Shown: positions 1 through 10,106, counted from the stretch's first letter. The stretch is DNA of 64,000 nt from Terriglobia bacterium (GCA_963664115.2 CAXWPJ010000012.1:32001-96000), one strand, 5' to 3'. The notes: generated by a model from the letters alone, not told the origin. Numbers and translations are program-made.

Positions 1-1569
1 GGCATCGCCGTCGATTCGGACAACAGAGAACTCTTCCTTGCCAGCCAGCACAACGCCGCGCTTGCGGTTTTCCGCCTCGATGCCGAGGAGAACGAACTGC
101 CGATCCGCCTGCTCCAGGGCGACCGAACGCGACTGGCCAACCCTCATGGGATTGCTTTCGACAGCCAGAATGGCCTGGTCTACGTCAGCAACCATGGACA
201 GGTATCGAGTCGGCCGGTGCGGGAGGCGGTGGAAGACCGGGACGACGTGCAGCCCAACGTCCCCCTGCCAAGAAGTATGGCGTTGCCGGGATCAGGCCGG
301 TTCCTGCCGCCGTCGATCAACGTGTATCGCCGTACCGCCAGCGGCAACACACCGCCGCTGCGCGTGATCGAAGGACCCAGGACGCAGTTGAATTGGCCTG
401 CGGGAGTTGCGATCGACGAGCGCCGAGGCGAGCTCTATGTCGCCAACGACACCGGTAATTCGGTGCTGGTGTTCCGCGCGGATGCATCGGGCGACGTGGC
501 GCCTATCCGCGTGATCGAGGGACCCAACACTAAATTGGATGCCCCCGGGGGCGTGTTCCTGGATACCCGGAACAACGAACTTTGGGTCTCCAACTACGGG
601 AATCACTCGCTGACCGTTTTCGCTCTCACAGCGGACGGCGACACCGCACCGCTCCGGCTGATCAGAAGCGGACCGGCCGACAGCCCGGCGCTGATGATCG
701 GCAATCCGGGCGCTGTGGCCTATGACACAAAACGGGAAGAGATTCTGGTACCCAACTGAGTGGCCCATCCGCAGATTGCGGTATTCGCCAGGCTGGCGGA
801 GGGCACAGATGGAATGACTCGAAGGATTGAGGGACAGCAGACTTTGCTGACCCGGACCATGCACGCGATCCACTACAACGAAGTTCGTGACGAGATCGTG
901 GCGCCAAATCAGTTTGCGCAGGCCATCCTGACCTTCCGCGCCTCGGCCGTTGGGGAGGAACCGCCGATCCGTGTCATACAGGGCGATCGCACCCAGCTGG
1001 AAGGGTCGTCGGGCGTCGTAATCGACACCAAACACAACGAGATTATTACGGAGCGCAAAGTCTTCCCGATTGACGCGGACGGCAACGTCCCGCCGAGCCG
1101 AACGCTCGAGTACTCGGTCAGTGCCGTCGACATGGACAACGATCTTTACATCGGCACGCGCGGACGTGACGGCGGAACCCAGCTCATGATCTTTGACCGC
1201 AACTCTGACAGTGCCGAACCGCTGCGGGTCATCAGCGGACCGAGAACGATGTTGGTCAATCCGAGGAGGATTCGAGTCCACAATGGCTGGATCCTGGTCG
1301 CGCACGACGGGATCCAGACTGACAATCCAAACAACCTGTCTTTTGTCGGGATCTGGAGCGTCAACGACGAAGGCAACGTCCCGCCCCGCTGGACTTATGG
1401 TGGACCCAACGAGATGCTCGATAAGCCCCGCGGTGTCGATGTCGACCCGAAGCATCAAACAATCATCGTGACTGACAAGACGTTGAACGCTGTGTTGACG
1501 TACTATGCGCCGGAGATTTTCGGAGAACCCGGAACCGGGAGCCGGCGGGTTGAAGAGCCGGCGGATTGA
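1..1569 (+). CDS. NHL-type beta-propeller repeat protein, 5'-partial; ORFs <1..759 and 760..1569 joined by an in-frame TGA (757-759), probable selenocysteine
   Basis: Frame is open from base 1 (GIAVDSDNRELFLASQ...). The blade motif G-x-A-x-D-x4-E-[IL]-x-V-x-N...VF...G...P.R.I.G repeats on both sides of the TGA. SECIS-like hairpin at 760-806. Confidence 0.75.
760..806 (+). promoter_or_regulatory. Candidate bacterial SECIS element
   Basis: GUG(G)CCC/GGGCAC, UCCGC/GCGGA and GCG/CGC stems close a GUAUU apical loop about 21 nt after the UGA; folded by eye. Confidence 0.5.
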
Positions 1570-1680
1570 TCAGAGCACGCCGACCGCGAGTCGGCATTGG
1601 TGCCCGTGGAGGTTCTCTGGCGGGCTTGAGCGATTGCCAGCAATATGAAGTGTCCGGTCCTCGAGGATCCCCCGACTGGA

Positions 1681-1800
1681 TCAGGAGGCCGTCGAAATGG
1701 TTCGCTCGTACACCTCCACGTAACGCGTGACGATCTTCACGCGACAGAATTTCACAATGCGCGTGCCCGCGGCCCGCCCCATGCCCAAGCGCAGTTCCCT
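1681..1800 (-). pseudogene. Possible C-terminal remnant of a GT4 glycosyltransferase
   Basis: Minus strand reads ...MGRAAGTRIVKFCRVKIVTRYVEVYERTISTAS*, similar to GT4 terminal helices. Confidence 0.25.
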
Positions 1801-2168
1801 GTCGCCCAACAGAGGATCCACAGCTGCCTGTATTATTTAACGTCAGTTTTGTATCGGAGATGGTCCGGCACCGACAGTGACAAAAAATGATGCCGGGGCA
1901 TGTCGGATAGAATGGTTTGAAGTGAGGCGCAGGCGCGGCCGGGAACGAGAAGACCTATGGGTTTTCAATCCATGGATTGGAGGCTGAATCGGGGAGACGC
2001 AGTGATGGTGGGGGGTGGTTGTAGCGGAAAATCACTGTCGATCGCCCGAGTGGGGTGGGTTGGATATAGCGAAAGGGCACTTGAGCACGCGTGTTTTTGG
2101 CGTCTGGACACACTTCGGCGATGCAGTCTGGACGACCGCGTTGGGCTGGAATTGTTGAGTGTCGATGG

Positions 2169-3353
2169 CTACGCACTATCCTGAATTGGAACCTCCTTTG
2201 ATTCGAGAGCGGCGAGCTGTGCCGCGGTTAATCGCTCGACCAGACGCATCGGTCCCCGGCAGATCGGACACGGTGCCGGTGGGGTAGCACCCGCCTCGGA
2301 CTCCGGCTCGGTGATGGACTCCTGACCTAAGAGGTGCCGACAGAGTTCCAGCATCGTCTTGCGTTTCCGATTTGCCATCCATCCGTAGTACCGGATGCGG
2401 GGAAAGCCTTTCGGTAAGACATGCAGGAGGAATCGACGGAGGAACTCTTCGGGTTGGAGTGTCATTGTTCGTGGACGGCCATTGTGGCGATAGTCCTTCC
2501 AGCGGAATGTAACGCCGGATTGGTTGACATCGAGGATGCGATGATTCGAGATGGCCACCCGATGGGTATAGCGGGCCAGGTACTGAAGGACGTGTTGGGG
2601 TCCGCCGAATGGTTCTTTGGCGTACACCACCCAGTTCCGATCCTTCAGATCGTCGAGGAACCGCTCGAAGGTGGATTCGGTGGCCAGTTCCAGACACTCC
2701 CCATGGAAAACGAGCGTCTTGTTTCCGAAGGCTTCGGCTAAACCGTCGAGAAACTTTTCTCTGAAAACGTAGCTGAGCTTCTGGACCGGGAGGAAGAAGT
2801 CGGTCCGGGAGGAGTGGATCCACCGGTCGTGATCCGGGGACAGTCCGCCACCGGGAACCACACAGTGGATATGGGGATGGCGTTGCAGGGTTTGTCCCCA
2901 GGTATGCAGGATGCTGAGGAATCCGATCTCGCCGCCCAGATACCTGGGGTTTCGGGCCACTTCGATCAGCGCCGCCGCACTGGTTCGGAACAGAAGCGCA
3001 TAGAGCACCTTCTTGTTCTGCCAGATCAATGGGATCAACTGATGGGGCAGGCTGAAGACCAGATGGAAGTATCCGATCGGTAGCAGTTCCTGTTGCCGTT
3101 TCTCGACCCAGGTGTTCCGCGCATTGGTCTGGCACTTCGGGCAGTGGCGGTTCCGGCACGAGTGGTAGACCAGCGTTTGGTGGCCACAGTGGTCGCATCG
3201 TTTCCGGTTCCCGCCCAGTGCGGCGGTCCGGCAATGGGTAATCGCGTTGAGGACCTTGACCTGGGGCCAGGCCAGCGCTTTCAAATACCGTTGTCGGAAT
3301 CGGTCTCCGACGATGCGAATCACGTCAGCCACCTCAAAGGGTGGCCGGCTCAC
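2169..3353 (-). CDS. IS91 family (Y2/HUH) transposase with Zn-binding domain
   Basis: CRTAALGG, SCRNRHCPKCQ, LHTWG..HPHIHC, YLARYTHRVAIS motifs. Confidence 0.93.
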   Translation of the reverse strand: MSRPPFEVADVIRIVGDRFRQRYLKALAWPQVKVLNAITHCRTAALGGNRKRCDHCGHQTLVYHSCRNRHCPKCQTNARNTWVEKRQQELLPIGYFHLVFSLPHQLIPLIWQNKKVLYALLFRTSAAALIEVARNPRYLGGEIGFLSILHTWGQTLQRHPHIHCVVPGGGLSPDHDRWIHSSRTDFFLPVQKLSYVFREKFLDGLAEAFGNKTLVFHGECLELATESTFERFLDDLKDRNWVVYAKEPFGGPQHVLQYLARYTHRVAISNHRILDVNQSGVTFRWKDYRHNGRPRTMTLQPEEFLRRFLLHVLPKGFPRIRYYGWMANRKRKTMLELCRHLLGQESITEPESEAGATPPAPCPICRGPMRLVERLTAAQLAALESKEVPIQDSA

Positions 3354-4231
3354 TTCTTTGGATCCTTAACCACAGGTGAAAGCTTCAACTGATCCAGAGG
3401 ATTGCGCGCGGTTCGAAGATGGCGCCGGGACAGTTGCAGGTAGAGCGTGGTATCGCTGAGCCGACTGTGTCCCATCAAGAGCTGGATCGTGCGCAAGTCG
3501 GTCCCGGACTCTAGCAGGTGGGTCGCGAAGCTGTGCCGTAGCGTGTGCGGACCGATCCTCTGGGTCAGACCCGCACGCTGGGCGGCCCCATGAACGGCAT
3601 GCCAGACCACCTTGTCCGAGATCGGAGCATCCGTGCCCCGGTGTCCTGCACTGCTGTGAAACAGATAGACCTCGGGCTTTTTCAATAACCAGTACCCCCG
3701 TAACGCTTCAAGCAGATTGCGACTCAACGGGACATCCCGGTCCCGACGCCCTTTCCCGTCGCGGATATGCACCAGCATCCGTTCACTGTCGATGTCGGCC
3801 ACCTTCAACACGGCGGCTTCGGCCCGTCGCATCCCGGTCCCGTAGAGCACCATCAGGATGGCCCGGTGCATCGGACTCAATGCGGCTTGGATCAACCGGC
3901 GGACTTCAGACGGACCCAGGATCGTGGGTAGTTTCCGCGCACTCTTGGGCATGGGCAGATCATCCAGTTCCAGATCCGCACGTCGCAGCAGCACCTTCTT
4001 GTAAAGGAATCGTATCGCCGAGGTCCGCATCCCGACCGTACTCGCCGCCAGCTTCTTTTCGGTCAGTAAGTACAGCTGAAAACGCCGTACCTCCTCGGCT
4101 CCCATCAAGGCCGGAGACTTGCCGAAGTAATTCGCGAATTGTTCGACTGCCAGAATGTAGCCACGACTCGTGGCCGGGGAATAGTTCCGTCGCTGGAGTT
4201 CCTCCAGCATCCGTTCTCGTAGTTGGGTCAT
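3350..4231 (-). CDS. Tyrosine recombinase/integrase
   Basis: YGTGMRRAE, GKGRRDR, HTLRHSFATHLLE, LMGH...TTLY catalytic motifs. Confidence 0.93.
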   Translation of the reverse strand: MTQLRERMLEELQRRNYSPATSRGYILAVEQFANYFGKSPALMGAEEVRRFQLYLLTEKKLAASTVGMRTSAIRFLYKKVLLRRADLELDDLPMPKSARKLPTILGPSEVRRLIQAALSPMHRAILMVLYGTGMRRAEAAVLKVADIDSERMLVHIRDGKGRRDRDVPLSRNLLEALRGYWLLKKPEVYLFHSSAGHRGTDAPISDKVVWHAVHGAAQRAGLTQRIGPHTLRHSFATHLLESGTDLRTIQLLMGHSRLSDTTLYLQLSRRHLRTARNPLDQLKLSPVVKDPKK

Positions 4232-4607
4232 AAGACACCTCCTTATGACCGCTACTTTATGGGACAGACTCTATCTGCTGTACGCCGACTCCGAGCGCCT
4301 GCGGCTTAGTTCTAACCCCCTAACCGGAATAGTGGCTCTTGCTCAAGGACCCAGTCGCCTTTTGGGGAACCTGAAATGATCCGGGCAACGGTTACTCCCG
4401 AAAAACGCCGTTTCGTTTACCGATCCGATCTCAACAGCCCAGAATTCGGCTTCTGTCAACCAGCCCTAGCTTTAGAACGAGTGGGTTGGAAGCAATAATT
4501 GGAAGCATCCAGATCAAACGCGCCATGCCGAAAGATCTCAACGTCCGAGAAGATGATTTGTCAGGATTTGAGAATGGATATCAAGGCTGTTGAGGCTAGA
4601 AACTTGT

Positions 4608-5173
4608 CTACGGGACCGGCACCCGCTCCTTCAGTTCTTCAAACGAGTTCAGGACGATGTTGATTTGAGGGCGGGCGGTCTCGGTTTGTTCAGTGGGAAT
4701 GGTAATCAGGAATCGCTGGCCGTCTGGCATGACGTCGTACTGTCGACCAAGCATGATAATCGAAATCGGAAGAACTTGGGGATTACTGAATTCGAACGCT
4801 GGCGTCGTACGGACAGCAACCGCAACTAGCTCAGAACCCCTCCGATAGAATAACTCCGTTCCATCCCTAGACCAGATTGGATCGTCGGCTCCGCCGCGTG
4901 AAATCTGATGGATTCCTCCAGCCAGCGGAAATGGCTGGACAAATATCTCCTCACCAGCCCCTTGGTTTCCGCCTCTTGCAGATTCGTAGGCCACCCACTG
5001 CCCTGCTGGTGAAAACGCGGCAACGTCTGATCCCTCTTCAGCTATAAGGACCTCGGTCGTGTCGTCGTCCAGATGCAATATCTCGATATGATTTAGGGTA
5101 CTGAGCGCAAGATCCTGACCATCGGGGGTCCATGAGGTCGGGATGCCATTTACTTCTGCTGTCGTTAAGCGTT
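4608..5173 (-). pseudogene. C-terminal fragment of a TolB/PD40 propeller (Ser/Thr kinase-associated type)
   Basis: PTSWTPDG, FSPAGQWVAY, WSRDGTELFYR, YDVMPDGQRFL..VLNSFEELKERVP; the N-terminal part is missing. Confidence 0.7.
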
Positions 5174-5175
5174 TC

Positions 5176-5350
5176 GGTGCACAGATCGTGAAACTGGATT
5201 GGAACGGCGTGGTCCTGGGGGTGCTGGGAGAATTCGGGCGAAGGCCTGGGCGAGTTTGGCGAAGCCCACTATCTGACCGTGGACAGCCAGCAGAGTATCT
5301 AAGCGGCCGACGTGGTCAACCGCCGGGTCCAAAAATTTCTTCGGCGCTGA
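5176..5350 (+). pseudogene. C-terminal fragment of an NHL-repeat protein
   Basis: AQIVKLDWNGVVLGVLG / PGEFGEAHYLTVDSQQSI*AADVVNRRVQKFLRR*, with a frameshift and an internal stop. Confidence 0.55.
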
Positions 5351-5353
5351 CTC

Positions 5354-5740
5354 CTAAGGTATCGGCGCGCCGTCCCCTCGCGTGACCCCGCTCCCCGGGC
5401 CGCGAAGATTAACAGCGTATCCGTTGTTGGCCGGGTGGCCTTTCACGACAAGCTCTTCGCCAGGGGTGAAGGTCTCGGGCGAGAAGCCCAGCCGGCGCAT
5501 AGAGGCCACCCCGGACGCGCCGAAGGTGACCGTCCATATCGATCTCTGGCCGTCCTCCTCTCCGGCGATCTCCACGCGAAGGATAGGGTGCGGGTTCACG
5601 AAGTACCATTCGGTGACGGCGCCCCGCATCTCGACCACGCGCGTCTCGTCGAAGAGGTTGCGTTCGCTGTGGTGAGCCGCCCCGGGAAGGGTCAGCACAA
5701 ACATCAACGCTGCTGCTGCGACTGCCGCATCGACTTTCAT
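5354..5740 (-). CDS. DUF6152-like secreted protein
   Basis: Signal peptide ending GAA|HHS, G.V.EW...NPH, V.GHPA motifs. Confidence 0.8.
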   Translation of the reverse strand: MKVDAAVAAAALMFVLTLPGAAHHSERNLFDETRVVEMRGAVTEWYFVNPHPILRVEIAGEEDGQRSIWTVTFGASGVASMRRLGFSPETFTPGEELVVKGHPANNGYAVNLRGPGSGVTRGDGAPIP

Positions 5741-5779
5741 AGCTCTACCTCCTTGGAACCGGCGGCATACCGGTTCCGC

Positions 5780-6526
5780 CTATCTTTCGCGAACAACCGG
5801 TGGATCCTCCGGGTACTTCGAGGGGAAGACCGAGAGGATCTCCTGCGCGGCCTCGGAATTGCAATTCCAGGGCAGGGTCAGGGGATTATCGCTCCGCTCG
5901 GACTCGACAACGAACTCGATAGGCTCCACGAGGAAGACAGGATCTTCAGTTCTCACCTCGCGCCGCAGCCTGTCCCCATCTAGTGAGTAACGCTCCGTAA
6001 CGCGTTTCTGCGTCGACGACGGTACGTTGAAATCGCTATCGAGCCCTGCCGGATCGAACGCAAACCGCGTCGTCTCGACGATGAGCTGATTTCTCTCATA
6101 CCGCCCGGTCGAATATCCGGACGTAAAGAACTCGTTAACGCGCGGCTCCGGATGAGCGTGGCCTTCCAGCCAGACCGTACGCACGACGTCGTCCTTCTCA
6201 TAGGTCAGAATCACGCGGTCCGCCAGTTGACGGATCTCGAAAAGGTACGGGTCGGTAAACAGGTGCGGGATGGGCGTGGGCCAACAATCATATTTCGGAG
6301 CTGCAACCTCGTCGAACGCGGCCCGGAAAGCCTTCGCTCGGGCCGTCAGCGCGGGGTGATCGGGCCCAACGGAAGTGCATTGGTTCGGCCCGACACACAG
6401 CCCACGGTTCCAGACCCCGTCCAGCCCGGAAATTGCAGAGGAGCGCTCCTGTGACAGTCCCGGCCCGGGAGCCCCCAGAAGTGTCAGCAGAAACAGACAG
6501 AGCGCAATAGCAAGTCGCTTGGGCAT
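5780..6526 (-). CDS. Secreted hypothetical protein (DUF6152 partner family, beta-rich)
   Basis: Signal peptide; LDGVW, C.P...P, R.VWL.G, G.S.G.....L.V.T motifs shared with 29366 and 50834; RBS GAGGTG. Confidence 0.75.
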   Translation of the reverse strand: MPKRLAIALCLFLLTLLGAPGPGLSQERSSAISGLDGVWNRGLCVGPNQCTSVGPDHPALTARAKAFRAAFDEVAAPKYDCWPTPIPHLFTDPYLFEIRQLADRVILTYEKDDVVRTVWLEGHAHPEPRVNEFFTSGYSTGRYERNQLIVETTRFAFDPAGLDSDFNVPSSTQKRVTERYSLDGDRLRREVRTEDPVFLVEPIEFVVESERSDNPLTLPWNCNSEAAQEILSVFPSKYPEDPPVVRER

Positions 6527-6735
6527 CGGGCACCTCTTGGATCCAATTTCCTCAGGCGAGGATGCCATAACCCTACCCGAACTTTCAAAGAATATAAAAC
6601 TGCAGTACCTACTTCGCCTTGATCTCGGACGCGATCTTGACGCCTTTTTCCGGGATTCTCTGCCAGGGCGGCTTGGGTCCCCAGAAAATCACCGTCATCA
6701 GGTAGAGCAGCCATCGGGCCAGCCAGGACCGGGAG

Positions 6736-7130
6736 GGCACTGTCAAGTTAAGTGGCGCAATGCAGACGGATGCGATCGGTGTCGGCCCAACCGAAACGGA
6801 TTCTGAATCACTCCATGAATGTGCAGGAATCGCTGGGCCTGCTCTGCTGATTTGAAGCGTCGTATCAGTCAGTCGTTTCCTCCCCCGCGTCGGCTGATGC
6901 GAGACCTCGGCTCGATTGTTTGCGTATCGGTTGGTGTCATGCGTCACAGTGGGCATGACTTCTCGATGCGCGACACGGTAACTTCCCAGCTTGTCGGTGC
7001 ACTCACAGGAGTATCTGAACCAGGTTGCGCGCCAGATCAACGAACGGCCCCGCAAGACGCTGGACTTCGCTAATCCGGCAGAAACCTTAAACGCAGGTGT
7101 TGCATCGACCGGTTGATCCGAATCACATTG
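6736..7130 (-). mobile_element. IS6 family remnant (degraded transposase, one terminal IR)
   Basis: TDKLGSY...NNRAEVSHQPTR; GGCACTGTCAAGTTA end at 6736, similar to IS26-type termini; frameshifted. Confidence 0.75.
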
Positions 7131-7340
7131 TTGGACACTGAGAATTAAATTGGTTCAATCAGGTCTGTTCAGTCGAGGTTTACTTGCAGTTGGGGTACTT
7201 AGCGGTCTCCAGGTCCATAAAGTCCACCATGCGTCTCTGCGGGTGACTTTCTGGTGAGTCCAGCCGGACGGGATTGCAGCAACGGGGTACAGCAGAGCAA
7301 TCCGGGCTCGGTTGTTTCCGCTCCGGGTATCGAATTGTAT

Positions 7341-7619
7341 CTAAGCTGAGGTGGCAGTCGTGGGAGCAGGCGCCATGACGTTATAGATCCAGGCAAGGAT
7401 CAAGCCTCCTATGAAGCCATCCGCAAAACCGTATAGGGTTCCGATGATCACCTGCCCGAACGATGAGGTGGCAGCATAACCCGGGTACACCGACGCAAGC
7501 AGTTCGAGGAAGGCGCTGCCGTAATCGAGCCAGATCAAATTGGCTATGCCCACGAAGAGGATGGCCCCTCCCCAAGCGATTCCGAACGTAAACCCCAAAG
7601 CCTTGTTATCGAGTCTCAT
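7341..7619 (-). CDS. Small membrane protein (family often annotated holin-like)
   Basis: 92 aa, hydrophobic segments, YPGY and G..DGFIGG..AWIYN motifs; RBS AGGAGG. Confidence 0.65.
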   Translation of the reverse strand: MRLDNKALGFTFGIAWGGAILFVGIANLIWLDYGSAFLELLASVYPGYAATSSFGQVIIGTLYGFADGFIGGLILAWIYNVMAPAPTTATSA

Positions 7620-7804
7620 TGCTCCTCCTGATTAAATCAGCAACTTCACGTCACGAATTCCTTCTTTCGGATTTCCTACTCTCGAAATTACGGCACCCTC
7701 ACCTGCGTTGCAACACTGTTCGTATCCTCTCACCGAACAAAGTGTGGAGCATGAGTCGCTGGAACGGCCGCAATACCTCCCATCGCGTCCGCCGTAACGC
7801 TTCA

Positions 7805-10036
7805 CTAGAACCTGTGCGTGTAAACCAATTTCGTGGCGAGGCTGCGGTCGAGTGTTGTCAACCGGTCACCGGAATCCAACGAATTGTTCAGCCACACGAG
7901 GTATATGTCATTACCCGGCGTCAAAATCCATCGGAAGCGGAACTGCCAACCGAGAATGCGACTCACCGAATCGTACTGAATGTTGTTCGAGATCGACATG
8001 AAAGGGCTGAACTGTGCATTGATCACAGCACGGAGAGTCTTTGTGGAGAAACTTCCCTCGGTAAGCTCAACCCGGTTGAACGAGGCACTCAAAGCTGCAA
8101 ACAGTCCGGGCCGTGGTCTCAGGTTCAAATCGGCGGACAACTCGCGACGGTGCCCGGAATAAAAGGTACCGAACGTGGCGTTGGCTCCGCCTGAAATTTT
8201 TCTTCGAGCAGCCGTACTGACGCTGAACCTATAGCGCGAGTAATTGTGTTCAGATCCGGCGGGAAGGATAATTCCACCGCCAATTCGGAAATCTCGCTGC
8301 AACTGTTCATATGTTCGGGAGACGATAACACTTACCCTTTCACCCGAATGAAAGCTGACATCCGCTAATGAGAAATAGTAGCTGCGTTCGACCCATTTGC
8401 CTTCGGTATCGTCAGTAAAGAAGTCCGCACGCAGCAGGCCCATGGTAACCTGGCGAACCCAAGGGTTGTTGCTGGGACGGGGACGGAACTGAATGCGGGG
8501 GGTCAGTTTCCGGTAGTCGTTTCCGTCCAAAAAACCGACCGCCGGGTCGGCATTCCGCTGGATCACGCGATAAAAGGTATTGAAGATCCAACGATCGTTG
8601 GGATAATCCACGCGTACCCCGTAAGCCGCGTTGTCGCCATCGTTCACCCCATTCGGTGTCTTCATGTAGTAGCCGACGAATCGCAGGTTCTGAGATCCCT
8701 GGAACCGCGACGTGGCGATCTGAATGTCTGCGCCTATGGTGTGGCGATCCGGAAGATTCGACTCTCGCGTCGCGCGCCGCGTGTATATCAGGCCCGCGTA
8801 CGATTCGCTTAAGAAACGACGTTTCGATCGGAAAACAGTAAAGTCCTCACCCAACACCTCGCCTGCTCTGGCCGTACGGACCTGCAGGAAACCCAAATCA
8901 AAATTGTCGACGCTCCCGGTCAGCTTCCCACCGTAGTCGATTTTCTGGGGTTGTCCGCCTTCGGTGAGGCCGATGCGTCGTGAGAAGAACGCACTCAAGT
9001 TGCGCGACGGATCGCGCGAAAAATCGAAGTTGCCCGCACCTTCGAGAAAGAAATCGCGCTTCTCCGGAAAGAAGAGTCGAAAGCGAGTGAGGTTCACCTG
9101 GCGGTCGTCGACTTCGGTTTGCGCGAAATCCGTGTTGAGGGTGAAGTTCGCCTTGAGCTGCGGCGTCAGGTTGTAGAAGATGTCGAGACCGGCATCTCCC
9201 TGGGTGGTGGACCCAATATCGCGTCCCGGTGAATCGGTGTAGGTTCCGATCAGATAGGGTTTGATATCCAGACCGAGCCCCTGGGTCACGCCATTGATTC
9301 CTTCAATCCGGCCCGCTGCAGGCAGGCTTAAGAGACCCTGGTTGAGACCCCATCCACTCCATAAGCTCTCTTCGTTCTTGCGTCGCACCGTGCGTTGAAA
9401 GTTGGCGCCCCAGGCTTGGGCCTGAGGGTCGAAGTTCAACGTGCGGAAAGGAATCTCGATTTCAGCGGTCCAGCCTTGATCGTGACGCGTGACTTGAGCC
9501 ATCCAGATCCCATCCCATGCCCGATTCTCTGTCATGCCGAAACCGCCGCCGCCCTGGGCCGGTACCAGTTGCGCATCGCCCATGGCGCCTGCCGGATTGA
9601 TCTCGAAGAAATAGCCGCTGGTTTGATCGTAAAACGGGTCGAGCATCCACATGAAACGGTCGTCCGCGGACAGGGCTCCATCACGGACCATTTGATTGCC
9701 GAGCAGGCCGTTCGGATCGGAATCGTAGAGTTCGACTCCGATATACAGAATGTCGCTATTGAAGACGACCCGAATCTCCGTCCGCTCGGTGGCCGGCGTG
9801 CCGGTCTCAGGTTCGGATTGCCTGAAGTCGGTGGTGGGTTCCCCGCGTTGCCATGCGTCTTCGTCCAGGCTTCCGTCGATCGTGATCTCCTCGCCGACCT
9901 CCAGGCGAAGGGCGCGGAGCACCGGCGTATCCCCGATCACCGTCACTTGGGACGCGGCGCTGGCAGCTCCGGGAAACACGGACCCGGGGATCAAAAGAAA
10001 GGCGAGCCAGTGCTTCATCGTGGAGCAAGATAACAT
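7805..10036 (-). CDS. CBM9-like/DUF5916 secreted (probably outer-membrane) protein
   Basis: IDGSLDEDAW, W.AEIEIPF.TL.F, NTDFAQTEVDDRQVNLTRF.LFFPEKRDFFLEG; C-terminal Phe. Confidence 0.85.
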   Translation of the reverse strand: MLSCSTMKHWLAFLLIPGSVFPGAASAASQVTVIGDTPVLRALRLEVGEEITIDGSLDEDAWQRGEPTTDFRQSEPETGTPATERTEIRVVFNSDILYIGVELYDSDPNGLLGNQMVRDGALSADDRFMWMLDPFYDQTSGYFFEINPAGAMGDAQLVPAQGGGGFGMTENRAWDGIWMAQVTRHDQGWTAEIEIPFRTLNFDPQAQAWGANFQRTVRRKNEESLWSGWGLNQGLLSLPAAGRIEGINGVTQGLGLDIKPYLIGTYTDSPGRDIGSTTQGDAGLDIFYNLTPQLKANFTLNTDFAQTEVDDRQVNLTRFRLFFPEKRDFFLEGAGNFDFSRDPSRNLSAFFSRRIGLTEGGQPQKIDYGGKLTGSVDNFDLGFLQVRTARAGEVLGEDFTVFRSKRRFLSESYAGLIYTRRATRESNLPDRHTIGADIQIATSRFQGSQNLRFVGYYMKTPNGVNDGDNAAYGVRVDYPNDRWIFNTFYRVIQRNADPAVGFLDGNDYRKLTPRIQFRPRPSNNPWVRQVTMGLLRADFFTDDTEGKWVERSYYFSLADVSFHSGERVSVIVSRTYEQLQRDFRIGGGIILPAGSEHNYSRYRFSVSTAARRKISGGANATFGTFYSGHRRELSADLNLRPRPGLFAALSASFNRVELTEGSFSTKTLRAVINAQFSPFMSISNNIQYDSVSRILGWQFRFRWILTPGNDIYLVWLNNSLDSGDRLTTLDRSLATKLVYTHRF

Positions 10037-10106
10037 GTCTCTCCACGACCCGAAATTGAACGAGTTATGCTTGCGGGCATGGCGGCGTTGGCATGCGAGC
10101 CTCAAT

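Larger units (their letters stand above)
1900..4330 (-). mobile_element. IS91-like element carrying a tyrosine recombinase plus Y2 (HUH) transposase
   Basis: Two overlapping ORFs; imperfect 23-bp inverted repeats at 1914-1936 and 4295-4317. Confidence 0.75.

Noticed and set aside
292-1458. 388-aa minus-strand ORF
   Set aside because: Antisense shadow of the NHL gene in GC-rich DNA; no motifs. The same applies to 48773..50119, 53591..54973 and similar long antisense ORFs.
2176-3234. 352-aa alternative-frame ORF inside the IS91 transposase
   Set aside because: Pro/Arg-rich off-frame read with no domain signal.
7341-7619. Prophage suggested by the holin-like gene
   Set aside because: No endolysin, structural or phage replication genes nearby.
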